Source of the DNA: Gammaproteobacteria bacterium
GTDB lineage: Bacteria > Pseudomonadota > Gammaproteobacteria > SZUA-140
Length of the DNA stretch: 64,000 nt
Reading direction: 5' to 3'
Assembly: GCA_016124415.1 (NCBI GenBank)
Contig: WGNS01000004.1
Location: 3,926 to 67,925 of the forward strand
The translations under genes and the position numbers were made by a program. Positions 1 to 9,658 of this stretch are shown here, piece after piece (the stretch's first letter is position 1; each line of letters begins with the position of its first letter). Below the pieces are notes generated by a model that was not told the DNA's origin, made no database searches, and saw only the letters and a program-made list of their open reading frames with translations.

Positions 1-556
1 TCAGGTTGGCGATATCCGTATCGTAAAGGACATCCTCTAACCGATCGGTGGCCCCATCCAGGAAGTCGATGATGCCGAACTCGTTCGGCAGTCCCAAATA
101 CTCCGGAATCGGTGAACGACAGGCGTCGATATCGATCAGAATGACCGAACGGCCACGCTCGGCAGCGAGACAGATGGCCAGATTCAAGGCCGTGAAGGTC
201 TTTCCTTCTCCGGGCACGGCGCTGGTCACCATGATCCGGTTGGCATTCATCCGGTGGTTGTCGCCGAAACCATCGATGTTGGTGATCAGCGGACGCTTGA
301 TATGGCGGTATTCTTCCATGATCCGTTGATGTCCGTTGACGTCGACGTCCATACCGTGGCCGCGCGCCCAGTCCCTGACTTGGGCAACCACCTTTTCATC
401 GCGCTTTTTCACGCCTCCGGCCGGCTTCCCGCGCATCGAAGTGCCTTCCGGCACCACCTCCGACGCCAGCACGGTTTCCCGTTCCTTCAGATCGGCCGAC
501 TTTTGGACATCCCCTTCCGAGGACGCCCGGCTCATGATCTTTTCTATCGTAGACAT
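1..556 (-). CDS. Exopolysaccharide/PEP-CTERM-locus tyrosine autokinase (BY-kinase, EpsG/Wzc-kinase-domain type); 3' end runs off the window
   Basis: Missing from the ORF track because it leaves the window. Hand translation of the reverse strand starts at ATG 556-554, 1 nt after the TAG of the upstream gene, and stays open to position 1. It reads MSTIEKIMSRASSEGDV...NRIMVTSAVPGEGKTFTALNLAICLAAERGRSVILIDID... The Walker-A P-loop (GEGKT) and following hydrophobic strand with DxD fit the MinD/BY-kinase fold. It lies directly downstream of a Wzz-like gene. Confidence 0.8.
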   Translation of the reverse strand, partial: MSTIEKIMSRASSEGDVQKSADLKERETVLASEVVPEGTSMRGKPAGGVKKRDEKVVAQVRDWARGHGMDVDVNGHQRIMEEYRHIKRPLITNIDGFGDNHRMNANRIMVTSAVPGEGKTFTALNLAICLAAERGRSVILIDIDACRSPIPEYLGLPNEFGIIDFLDGATDRLEDVLYDTDIANL

Positions 557-557
557 G

Positions 558-2207
558 CTAGGCTCCCGCTCCAGAAAGCAGTCGGATGGCATCCATTGGG
601 CTGCCCAGGTGAAGCAGATCCATGAGCATCAATACCGTGTAGACCACCAACAATCCACCTACGGCGGCGATAAATACCACCAGCGACGCCTTGCTGGCGA
701 TCCGTCCACCGCCGGCAAAGGCCACGGTCGAAACGAATCCGAGCACTTCGCCGCCGGTAAAGGTGCTGAGTTCGCGAATCGTACTGATTGTCCCTTGAAG
801 CTGCGACTTGAACCAGGCAAGACCGCCGCCCGCCCCCAAACCGAGCAGGAGCACCAGTGTGATCAACAACGGTCGGTTCGGGCCGGTGGGCAGTGCCGGG
901 GCAATCGGGGGGTCAATAATTCTGAACTGGACCGAATCAACACTCTGTTCGGCGTCTCTGGAAATGGCCGCCGACTCACGACGCGCCACCAAGGACTCAT
1001 AGTTCGACTTATTAATGTCGTAATCACGGGTCAACCGCGTGAGCTCGGCTTCAACATCCGGGATAACGGCCATTTTTTCGTGCAAATCGTTGACGCGCTT
1101 TTCATACTCCTGAACGCGGACCTTTAGCGCCGAGACCTCGGCCTCGGCCTCGCTGGCCGCCACCTTCAACTCCTGGTATGCACGGCTCAGCATCGGCTCG
1201 TCACCGGACTTGCTCTTGGAGGGACTCGACATGGCGCCCTGGTTCGAAAGTTTCTTCTTGAGATCCTCTATCGAGTTTTCCAGGAACAGCACATCCGGAT
1301 GATGATCGGTATATTTGAGACGGAGATTGTCCAACTGGGTCTCCAACTTGGAGATCCGGTCCAGAATGGACTCGTCGCTATTGGAAACCATCCCCATCTG
1401 ACCGGCCACCTGGACCGGAGGCACGGCATTGGCCAGTTGCCCCTCCAGGGCGTCCTGCTTCTTCTTCGCCTCCCTCAACTCGAGGCGAGCATGCTCCAAC
1501 CTGTCCTTCTCAGATTGCAGACGGGCGAAATATCCGCCTGCCTCGGTAGGCATCATCCCCACATTCTTTTGCTTGAATTCCTTCAACCGGTTCTCGGCCG
1601 CTTCAAGGCGCGCCCGGTATTCGACAATCTGATCGTCCAGGAAGCTTTCGGTTCGTCCACTGTCGCGACGCATCGAACTCAGCGTGCTTTCGACAAAAAT
1701 CGACAGCAGCGTCTCCACCACTTTCTTGGCCACATGCGGATCCTTATCCACGCAAGTGATCACGAAGATACTGTCTCTCCGGCCGCCCTTGATATCGATG
1801 CTGTCCGCCAGTCGCTGCAACACCCGTTCGAGATCCTGAGGGGTCTTTGCAAGCAGATCCTTATCCGTATCGCGCGCCACCTTTTCCAGGTTGGGCCGGC
1901 GCAGCAAGGTTCGCCTGGTCATTTCGGCGATTTCAACCTGCCGTAGATCATTTTCAACGGCCAATCCTTTCAGGAGCGGGCCCAGCATGGATTGGGTGTC
2001 GAGATAGATTCGCGCCTTGGCCTGATAGGTGTTGGGCAGCATGTACACGACCATCCAGCCCAAGATGCTGAAGATGACGGCAACGGCAAGCGCGAGCCAG
2101 CGATAGCGCCACATTTTCTGGAGCTCGATCGACAGACTGAGGTCGCGTTGCTCATTGTCCGTTTCTCGCTGCATGGGGAAATTTGCCGCCTGAGAGTGGG
2201 TAGACAT
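558..2207 (-). CDS. Polysaccharide chain-length determinant (Wzz/GumC/EpsF-like, PEP-CTERM-locus subfamily)
   Basis: 549 aa. It has an N-terminal TM (WLALAVAVIFSILGWMVVYML), a long coiled-coil-like periplasmic region rich in E/L/R/K, and a C-terminal TM (LLITLVLLLGLGAGGGLAWF). This is the PCP topology. It is adjacent to a BY-kinase and a Wza-like gene. Confidence 0.8.
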   Translation of the reverse strand: MSTHSQAANFPMQRETDNEQRDLSLSIELQKMWRYRWLALAVAVIFSILGWMVVYMLPNTYQAKARIYLDTQSMLGPLLKGLAVENDLRQVEIAEMTRRTLLRRPNLEKVARDTDKDLLAKTPQDLERVLQRLADSIDIKGGRRDSIFVITCVDKDPHVAKKVVETLLSIFVESTLSSMRRDSGRTESFLDDQIVEYRARLEAAENRLKEFKQKNVGMMPTEAGGYFARLQSEKDRLEHARLELREAKKKQDALEGQLANAVPPVQVAGQMGMVSNSDESILDRISKLETQLDNLRLKYTDHHPDVLFLENSIEDLKKKLSNQGAMSSPSKSKSGDEPMLSRAYQELKVAASEAEAEVSALKVRVQEYEKRVNDLHEKMAVIPDVEAELTRLTRDYDINKSNYESLVARRESAAISRDAEQSVDSVQFRIIDPPIAPALPTGPNRPLLITLVLLLGLGAGGGLAWFKSQLQGTISTIRELSTFTGGEVLGFVSTVAFAGGGRIASKASLVVFIAAVGGLLVVYTVLMLMDLLHLGSPMDAIRLLSGAGA

Positions 2208-2217
2208 GGGTGAGTGC

Positions 2218-2862
2218 CTAAAAAACCGATTCCGGGATAATCAATATATCGCCAGGCTGCACGCTGACATTAGCCGTTATATCGCCATCAACCATAAGAT
2301 CTTCAAGCCTGACGGGAAACTCATGCTGCTTTCCCTTGACCCGTCGCACGATATTTGCCCTGTTTCCGGCGGCGTAATCACTGAGTCCGCCCACCGCGAT
2401 CATAACGTCCAACAAGCTCATGTCTTTCCGGTACTGTAGAACTTGCGGATGAGCGGCTGCACCGATGACGCGTATCGTTTGTCCGACGTCCTGACTAAAG
2501 CCCTTGACGATCACCGTCACCATGGGGTCGCGAATGAATTTCTTGAGGGCTTGCTCGATATCGCGAGCTAATTCGGTAGGCGTCTTGCCGGTCGCCGGCA
2601 TATCCTCGACCAAGGGGGTGGAAACCTTGCCGTCCGGACGTACGCTTACCGTTACCGAAACATCCGGATTTCGCCAAACAAAGACGTCGATCAAGTCGCC
2701 GGGTTGAATACGGTAATCTTCAACCGCTGCGGGCTGACTGACGAACTCTTCTTCGGCCAAGGGGCGCTGCATGCAGCCGGAGCATAACGCCGCCACTATA
2801 ACCAGGCCTAAAACGAGCGGGGCCTTCCAGCGGCACGAAAACAAATTTCTCTTATCCTTCAT
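2218..2862 (-). CDS. Polysaccharide export outer-membrane lipoprotein (Wza/EpsE-like, Poly_export + SLBB)
   Basis: 214 aa. Lipobox LVIVAALCSGC. Poly_export-type motif YRIQPGDLIDVFVWRNPD. C-terminal SLBB-like motif VQPGDILIIPES. Confidence 0.85.
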   Translation of the reverse strand: MKDKRNLFSCRWKAPLVLGLVIVAALCSGCMQRPLAEEEFVSQPAAVEDYRIQPGDLIDVFVWRNPDVSVTVSVRPDGKVSTPLVEDMPATGKTPTELARDIEQALKKFIRDPMVTVIVKGFSQDVGQTIRVIGAAAHPQVLQYRKDMSLLDVMIAVGGLSDYAAGNRANIVRRVKGKQHEFPVRLEDLMVDGDITANVSVQPGDILIIPESVF

Positions 2863-3619
2863 AGCGATACGGGCTCCCCCAACGGAAAGACTCTGAAATT
2901 CCCTAACAATTCCCAGGTACCGCCAGTTTCAACTCGGTCATGTCGCCATGCACTGCCCTGATGCGGGCTAGGTCAAACGTCAGCGGTACGATTCATACTC
3001 CTTGTTGGATGTAGCGTCTGAGGACGGTACAGCCTTTAAGCCATTTTACGCCAGCGCTTGATCACGGAGCAGACCGAGCCTGACCGAGACGAGCCGTAAG
3101 ACAGGACCCTAGCATACTGCACGAAGCAAGGAAACGTTCCAGGTGACATAGGCCGGACGCCCCCCGGCAAAATCGCTCCGGCTAACCGGCATATTGTCCC
3201 GATCTGTTGCAGGAACAATATAACCATATGTTTTTCAATGGAATCGCCTTCGTCATCGGCTCCGGCATCGAAAATCGTCGTCCATACCATCAAGTCCTCG
3301 AGACCAGACTCAAGGAACCCGTACGGCGCGTTCTATTAAAATTCCCGGCCTAGCCGATAGAAACAACGATCGGGCCCATTTAGCGCCTTGACCGTAGGGA
3401 CGACCAGGACCAATATCCGTCTCGGCAAGGTGTGTTCTGAGAGATTCTCCGGGAACGGTATGGTTTTGCATGCACGCGGAGAGGCTTTACACTCCTTTTG
3501 AGTCGGGCACGGTATCGGGCCAAAACCCGATCTGTCGAACTGTTCGGCATGCACATCAAGCTGAACGCAATATCAGACAAGGGACCGCTACGGTATGCCC
3601 ATGCCCTACGATCGAAAAG

Positions 3620-4783
3620 ATGATCATCGCAATGAGCACCGATAAACTCAGCCTAACATCCGACATCCTGACGTCCTGGCAGGAGCTGCAGGATATTTCC
3701 GGTGAATGGAACAAGCTCCTTGCGGCCTCGGAGGCGGATTCCATCTTCCTGCGCTGGGAATGGATGGAAACATGGCGTTCAGTGATGCCTGCCGACCTCG
3801 CATTCTATTGTGTCGTCGTTCGAGACGATAAGGGCGAACTGGCGGCGATATTCCCGCTCTATTTTAAGCGATACAGATACCTGGGATTCATCAACGTGCG
3901 GGTGTTATGCCCTTTGGCGGATTCGAATTGCGGATCGGAATATCCCGACATCATCGCCGACAAGCGCCATGGCCTGGCGGCCTACGAAAAGATATTTGAA
4001 GCGATTTCAGAGTCGAAAGCGAGATGGGACATTATCTGGATGCCCAGGCGCGCCGGCTGGCATGGCGACTCGACCGCCGCCATAAAGGAAGCCTGCCGCC
4101 TCCAGGCGTTCGAAACCAGGACCCAGGAGCACATCTTCAGCTACATCGATCTTCCCGAGGACTTCGCTTCTTTCATGAAGCGAATGAGCCGCAAACGACG
4201 ACAGCACCGGAAAAGTTACTGCAAGAAGGTCTTTGAAGAGGACGGGGCGGAGTATGTGACGTGCGAACGACGGGACGACCTGGCCCCGTTCATGAACGCT
4301 TTGTTCAAACTCCATGAGAAACGCTGGTTAACCAAGGGTCACCGAGGCTGTTTTGCCAAGTATCCAACGATGCGGGATTTCTACCGGAAGTTCCTGCCGA
4401 TCGCACTGGAAAAAGGCTGGTTATCCATGTCCGCGGTCAAACGCGGCGACGAATTCAAGGCCGTGCAGATCGGATATATATACAACGACGTCTACTACGC
4501 GCTTCAAGAAGGCTTCGATACCGATTATATTTCAGGCGTCGGAGAGGCACTGCGCCTGGAAAAAATCAGGGACCTGATTTCCGGAGGCGTAACCGCCTAT
4601 GATTTCCTGGGCGAGCAGACGCAACACAAGCACTCATGGATGGCGAAACAGCGGAAAGGCAACGATATCGTCATCTACAACCGAACCCTACCGAGGATAA
4701 AAGCCTATATTCTCGGCAATTGGCACGCGATAAGATATCTGGCGCGAAAGTTGAAGAACAACGATTCCTTATGCTGTCAATGA
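3620..4783 (+). CDS. FemAB/CelD(BcsL)-like GNAT acyltransferase, PEP-CTERM-system-associated type
   Basis: The track ORF is 3470-4783. The first 50 codons look non-coding, so I prefer ATG 3620 (MIIAMSTDKL) or 3632. The N-terminal pattern W..L......WN.LL..S...SIFLRWEWMETW and a C-terminal acetyltransferase-like half are typical of CelD/FemAB-related EPS proteins. Confidence 0.65.
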   Translation: MIIAMSTDKLSLTSDILTSWQELQDISGEWNKLLAASEADSIFLRWEWMETWRSVMPADLAFYCVVVRDDKGELAAIFPLYFKRYRYLGFINVRVLCPLADSNCGSEYPDIIADKRHGLAAYEKIFEAISESKARWDIIWMPRRAGWHGDSTAAIKEACRLQAFETRTQEHIFSYIDLPEDFASFMKRMSRKRRQHRKSYCKKVFEEDGAEYVTCERRDDLAPFMNALFKLHEKRWLTKGHRGCFAKYPTMRDFYRKFLPIALEKGWLSMSAVKRGDEFKAVQIGYIYNDVYYALQEGFDTDYISGVGEALRLEKIRDLISGGVTAYDFLGEQTQHKHSWMAKQRKGNDIVIYNRTLPRIKAYILGNWHAIRYLARKLKNNDSLCCQ

Positions 4784-4849
4784 TCACCGGAAACAATAGA
4801 GTTACATACGTCAATCGACGGGTACCGCGGCTAACAGGAGCTATTTCAC

Positions 4850-5779
4850 ATGGCCTTATTTAGACGAGCCATCCTTACCGGATTATCGAAGACGTATTCC
4901 CTCATGGACCGGCGGAAACGGCTGAACATTATCACACTGCATCGTATAGACCAGCAAAACGGCTCGTCCGCCGTCGCCAAGATACGCGATGAGATCGAAT
5001 ACTTGTCTCAGCAACATCGATTTATTCTCCCGGCCGACCTGGAGCAGATGGAATCGTTCGATCAAAACCTAGCCATGATCACCGTCGATGACGGTCACGA
5101 CTCGCTCTATACCCATCTGTATCCATTGTTCAAGGCCAAGAATATTCCTTTTACGCCCTGCCTGCCTACCGATTTCATGTTTCGCGAGGCTTGGTTGTGG
5201 TTCGACAAGTTGGAGTACATTTTCAAAACGACTTCGGACCTTGCCGACCCCGCAACGCGAAAATCCTTTAACGATCTCTTGGTTTCGCTAAAAGCCACGG
5301 GAAAAGACGAACGCGAGGAGGCGTTGAACAAAATCGCCAGGGACAATTCGTGCGAGGTGCCTCCCTCCCCAACCCCGGACTATGCCCCCTTGTCGAGCGG
5401 GCAAGTCAACGAAATGCTCGACTCGGGACTTATGGAAATCACCGCCCATGGCGTCAGTCACACGATTATGACGCTGTTGAACGATGAAGACCTGCGCGAG
5501 GAACTGGCCGCCTCGAAACGGGAACTGGAGTCGGTCTTCGGTCGGGAGATAAATTGCTTCTGCTACCCGAACGGCCTGGAGGGCGATTTCGACGACCGCA
5601 CCGAAAAGGCGATCAGAGAAAGCGGCTATCGGTCAGCGCTCACCAGCGTTGAAGGATCGAATATCGTCAAAGGACTCGATCCCTACGGAATCAAACGGAT
5701 TCACACCGGGCTTGACCGCCATTCCTTCGTCAAGGAAACCGCCGGACTCGGCGATATCCAAAAGTCGTTGCCGTTCTAA
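4850..5779 (+). CDS. Polysaccharide deacetylase (NodB-homology/CE4 family)
   Basis: 309 aa. CE4 motif 1 ITVDDGHDS, His motif AHGVSHTIM, and later YPNG... Confidence 0.8.
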   Translation: MALFRRAILTGLSKTYSLMDRRKRLNIITLHRIDQQNGSSAVAKIRDEIEYLSQQHRFILPADLEQMESFDQNLAMITVDDGHDSLYTHLYPLFKAKNIPFTPCLPTDFMFREAWLWFDKLEYIFKTTSDLADPATRKSFNDLLVSLKATGKDEREEALNKIARDNSCEVPPSPTPDYAPLSSGQVNEMLDSGLMEITAHGVSHTIMTLLNDEDLREELAASKRELESVFGREINCFCYPNGLEGDFDDRTEKAIRESGYRSALTSVEGSNIVKGLDPYGIKRIHTGLDRHSFVKETAGLGDIQKSLPF

Positions 5780-5838
5780 CTAAGGCCGTTTACGTCACAG
5801 CGACGAGCGTCTCATCACCGAAAAATAAGGCTCACGAA

Positions 5839-7377
5839 TTGACCTCCCAAAGCCCCCAACGCGACCTTGCCGGGCGAGACAGAATCCTCAGGAACACGCT
5901 GGTAAGTTGGGGAAGCCTCGTCATCATGATTGCCATCGGTTTTATCATGCCGAGGCTGATCAATGACGAACTTGGACAGGCCCAACTCGGCATTTGGGAC
6001 TTTTGCTGGTCGATCGTCAATTACATCTCGCTGGCGGAGCTCGGTATGGGCTCTTCGGTAAGCCGATTCGTCGCCGTCGCCGTCACGAAGGATGACCGCG
6101 TCATGCTGTGCGAAACGATTAACTCCATTTTCTTTTCCCAGATCTTCCTGATGGCAGCGGCCGGCGCGATCGCCTATGCGGCACTATTCATAGGCCATGA
6201 CCGCCTCCTGGCCGCCATGCCGGAAAACACATCAGGCACGCTGGGCGTGCTCGCCATCTTGTCCATCGGCGTCGTTTACCAGCTGATCTGCAGTTCCTCC
6301 AGAGGCGTCATGAACGGCCTGCACCGTTGGGACATTACGAATATCATCAATACCGCAGGCCGTGTCGTCTCCTCCATTGCCATGATCGTCGCGCTTTACG
6401 TCGGCGGGGATCTTCAATCCATCGCCATCGCCTACTTGATCAGTACGATCGCCGCGGAAACCATCAGATTCGTTTATGCACTCAGACTTGCCGAAGGTCT
6501 GACCATCCACCCTCAATATTTCAAGGTACGGACCGCCCTGAAAATGGCCAAATTCGGCCTTGGACAGTTCCTGTTCGAGGGTCTGCCGGTGTTCTTCATT
6601 CAGGCGTTCAACATCGTGATCATGGGACTGCTGGGGCCCGCCTCTCTGGCGATATTTTCGAGAACGTTCGCGCTGGTGAAATACATCGAAATGTTCGTAA
6701 GCCGATTCACCAGGATCATCGTCCCGTCGGTAGCGAGCCTTTCGACCAGCAAGGAGAGCAAGGAGGTCCAGGACCTGTTCCTGAAATGCACGAAGTTTTC
6801 GTTGGCGATCACGATCCCTTCGATGCTGCTGAATTGCCTGATCGGGCCTACCCTGATCAAGCTATGGATGGGCGAAAACTATGTAAATCTGTCGCTGATC
6901 TACACGCTGTCTCTGGGATATATTCTGCCGGTTTCGATGAGCACGTCGATGAATGTGCTCATCGGGCTTAACAAACATATTTTCCCGACCGTGGTCAACG
7001 CGGTGATACTCGGCGCCGGTATCGGCGCCGGCATTCTGTTCAATAACGATCCGACGACGGCGTCACTTTCCCTGGTGAGCGTCTACGTGTCCGCGACCCT
7101 CATCGTCAGCTACGGGATCTTTACGCCCATCCTCTGCAGCAAGGCATTGCAAATCCCGGCGTCGCGCCTGATCGGTTCGGCATTCAGGATGCCCCTTCTG
7201 TGCAACATTCCGTTGATTGCATTCACGATTTACGCACACGATCTGACCAGACCGGATGCGATGCATTTCGCCTGGTTCGCGGGCGCCATGTGCTTGACCA
7301 TCTGGCTATACTGGGTCCACATATTCCCGCAAAAGGTAAAGGCAAAACTTTATAAACTGCGCGCACAGAAATCCTAA
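5839..7377 (+). CDS. Oligosaccharide/polysaccharide flippase (Wzx-like, MOP superfamily)
   Basis: 512 aa with a TTG start. It is hydrophobic throughout, with at least 12 TM helices by eye. The N-terminal LRNTLVSWGSLVIMIAIGFIMPRLI resembles 'polysaccharide biosynthesis protein' flippases. Confidence 0.7.
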   Translation: MTSQSPQRDLAGRDRILRNTLVSWGSLVIMIAIGFIMPRLINDELGQAQLGIWDFCWSIVNYISLAELGMGSSVSRFVAVAVTKDDRVMLCETINSIFFSQIFLMAAAGAIAYAALFIGHDRLLAAMPENTSGTLGVLAILSIGVVYQLICSSSRGVMNGLHRWDITNIINTAGRVVSSIAMIVALYVGGDLQSIAIAYLISTIAAETIRFVYALRLAEGLTIHPQYFKVRTALKMAKFGLGQFLFEGLPVFFIQAFNIVIMGLLGPASLAIFSRTFALVKYIEMFVSRFTRIIVPSVASLSTSKESKEVQDLFLKCTKFSLAITIPSMLLNCLIGPTLIKLWMGENYVNLSLIYTLSLGYILPVSMSTSMNVLIGLNKHIFPTVVNAVILGAGIGAGILFNNDPTTASLSLVSVYVSATLIVSYGIFTPILCSKALQIPASRLIGSAFRMPLLCNIPLIAFTIYAHDLTRPDAMHFAWFAGAMCLTIWLYWVHIFPQKVKAKLYKLRAQKS

Positions 7378-7406
7378 AACGCGTTCGCAGCGCCGTACGC
7401 GTATGC

Positions 7407-8558
7407 TTACGGTAGAGATCGGCCTTCGTAAATCAGGTCGATTTGATTCTCGAATTCCTGCATGGCCTGTCCAACGGCGTGGCGCTCGTTGAAATAAAGC
7501 CTTGCGTTGCGCCCCAGAGCGCCACGGGCGGTATCGTCAGCAGCCAGTTTCCTTAATGCCTCGACAAGTCCGCCCATCTCCACCGATACGAACCCAAGTT
7601 CGTTGCGTCTAACGACCCCGTCCGGATCAAAGGTCGTGACCACGGGCAACCCTATACTCCAGGCTTCAAGGAAGGTGTTCGGAAATCCTTCGTAGACGGA
7701 GGTGCAACAGAGCACCGACGCGCGACGGAAATAACGACCGATTTCGTTCCTGATCACACGCCCATGCATGTGGACGTTTTCAATCTGTCCGGCTTCATCC
7801 ATAAGCCTGTCCGAATATTCCGTCCCGATATTGGCCGCACCTACAACGTCAAAGGCCATTTCCGGACATCTTTTCGCGATCTCCAACAGCCATTCGAGAC
7901 GTTTCTCCTGGCTGATCCGCCCCACCCACAATACCCGAAACCGTCCGTCATCGGGAAAATCGTTCGTGCCCTCTGCATCGCCAAGTCCCAAGGAAGGCAT
8001 ATCCAGAACCACTGACTCACGCCCAAACCCCTCTTTCAACATGGCTTGTTGACGATGCGTCTGCGCGAACAGACGGTCGCAATGATTTACGCCATAACGG
8101 TAAAGAACTCTCTCCCGGAGCGGCTTCAAGACGGGCAGTTTGGGATCACAATCGGGATCGCTTGCAACTGAATAAATCACCTTTCTATCGTGCCGATGCG
8201 CCCAAAGGACCACCTGCCCAAGGCCTAAATCTCCGCAATTGTAGTAGTAGATGTCGGCATCGGCCCGCTTCATCGCGGCATTGAGGCTTGACCAGCGGGG
8301 ATAAAGAAAACGAACGACCGGTACTCCGTCCTCGCGCCTGCACATCTTGAACACCTTGACGCCATCCACCTCGACGCCGTCCTCGAACCCCTCGTCCCAG
8401 GTGATCATGCTGACGCGCCAGCCCTTTTCGGCCAGCCACTTCGCCATCAGGGATTGCTGTTGCTCGATCCCGCCCGCATGGCTCTTGTTGTTGGAAGACA
8501 GGGCGCCGAACGCGTTCAGCGCAACAAAACAAATCGACTTATTCGAGGATGTGTTCAT
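7407..8558 (-). CDS. Glycosyltransferase family 4 (GT-B, Glycos_transf_1)
   Basis: 383 aa. It has GRISQEKRLEWLLEIA followed by TSVYEGFPNTFLEAWSIGLPVVTT (E-x7-E retaining GT-B signature). Confidence 0.8.
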   Translation of the reverse strand: MNTSSNKSICFVALNAFGALSSNNKSHAGGIEQQQSLMAKWLAEKGWRVSMITWDEGFEDGVEVDGVKVFKMCRREDGVPVVRFLYPRWSSLNAAMKRADADIYYYNCGDLGLGQVVLWAHRHDRKVIYSVASDPDCDPKLPVLKPLRERVLYRYGVNHCDRLFAQTHRQQAMLKEGFGRESVVLDMPSLGLGDAEGTNDFPDDGRFRVLWVGRISQEKRLEWLLEIAKRCPEMAFDVVGAANIGTEYSDRLMDEAGQIENVHMHGRVIRNEIGRYFRRASVLCCTSVYEGFPNTFLEAWSIGLPVVTTFDPDGVVRRNELGFVSVEMGGLVEALRKLAADDTARGALGRNARLYFNERHAVGQAMQEFENQIDLIYEGRSLP

Positions 8559-8674
8559 CGTGAAAGACTTTCAGACATATCCGTCCTGGAAGCGGATGCT
8601 TATTTTCAAGCGTCGCGAACCGGCCGCTCCTTCTCTATGAAAGAACGGTCGACGCGACGGACACCAAGGCGATA

Positions 8675-9595
8675 TCACACATAACCGTACCCGGTATTGA
8701 TATCGCCGGCAATCCGGGAGAAACAGGCCAAATCTTCCTTGGAAAGGGCACTTCTCCAGCGATTGTCCATTTTTACGTTGTTGAAGTCGGCAGTAAGCCT
8801 CATTGAATTCCCGAGGATATGCTGTTTGGAAAAATCGTTGTCGCTAAGATCGTTGCCAACGCCGAGGAATTTGAAGATCTCGTCCAGTACACTGCCCTGG
8901 TCCGCACACAGATCCTCGTAGCGCGTAAAATATATGTTGCCCGAATCAATGAATCGCTCGATATTCGGAAATTCGTTGCATGTTTGCCGCCACTCGCCTG
9001 CGGCGCGCTCCATCGTGATGCCGTAATTCTTCATATACGAGTAAGAGGTGGCTCGGCCGTCCCTGACCATATGAATGACCTTGATGTCCCACTCCGGTAT
9101 CTGGGCAAGATACTTCAGCCGAACCGGATCCTTTGAGCCGTCGAGGAAGATGCTGCCGCCCATCTTTTCCATAAGGATTTCGACCAGCACGCGATTGGCA
9201 TGTTTCACTCGGTCTCTGAAAGACTGAATCCCGCCAAAGGCACCGATCAGAAAATCTCGCATCGACTCAAATAAGGGCTCTCTCAACGAGGAATACAACA
9301 ACTTGTCCGACAACATACCGTTGCCGACAAAATGGGTCCCGAAATTCTCGAGATCGAATTCGATCCCATGCGCATCGGCGGACCGTTTCACGTCAAGCCA
9401 AAAAGGACACTCGAGGATGTATTCGCCGCATGAACAGCGATAGCTCCGTATTTCTCCTCTCGAAGTGGCTTTCAGTTCACCGATGGTACTGATCTCGGGA
9501 TTCATCGAAAGCAAAAGGCTCAGCAACGTCGTTCCGGAATGGGCCGGGCCCATCAGGTACACTATCCTTCGTCGACCATCACTCCTATCCATCAA
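8675..9595 (-). CDS. Sulfotransferase (PAPS-dependent)
   Basis: 306 aa. 5'-PSB loop YLMGPAHSGTTLLSLLL and 3'-PB-like IHMVRDGRATSYS. No signal peptide. Confidence 0.7.
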   Translation of the reverse strand: MMDRSDGRRRIVYLMGPAHSGTTLLSLLLSMNPEISTIGELKATSRGEIRSYRCSCGEYILECPFWLDVKRSADAHGIEFDLENFGTHFVGNGMLSDKLLYSSLREPLFESMRDFLIGAFGGIQSFRDRVKHANRVLVEILMEKMGGSIFLDGSKDPVRLKYLAQIPEWDIKVIHMVRDGRATSYSYMKNYGITMERAAGEWRQTCNEFPNIERFIDSGNIYFTRYEDLCADQGSVLDEIFKFLGVGNDLSDNDFSKQHILGNSMRLTADFNNVKMDNRWRSALSKEDLACFSRIAGDINTGYGYV

Positions 9596-9658
9596 TATGC
9601 CGGCCCATTAACTGAGTTCCTCTTTCGAAATACCGGAGTTGCCACGAAACCTCCTCGG

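Noticed and set aside
3453-3470. Sigma-54-like sequence GGTATGGTTTTGCA upstream of the acyltransferase gene
   Set aside because: The GG-to-GC spacing is 9 nt rather than the invariant 10, and the -24 element lacks TGGCAC.
3036-3580. Small ORFs in the long intergenic region (3036-3293, 3336-3554, 3380-3580) and the first 50 codons of the 3470 ORF
   Set aside because: They have no RBS context, no motifs and odd composition (Cys/Arg/Pro-rich). The region is better explained as regulatory DNA.
7379-7402. Two ACGCGT palindromes between the convergent flippase and GT4 genes as a bidirectional terminator
   Set aside because: The possible stem is only 6 bp with a 12-nt loop and no flanking T/A runs. 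This is too weak to call.
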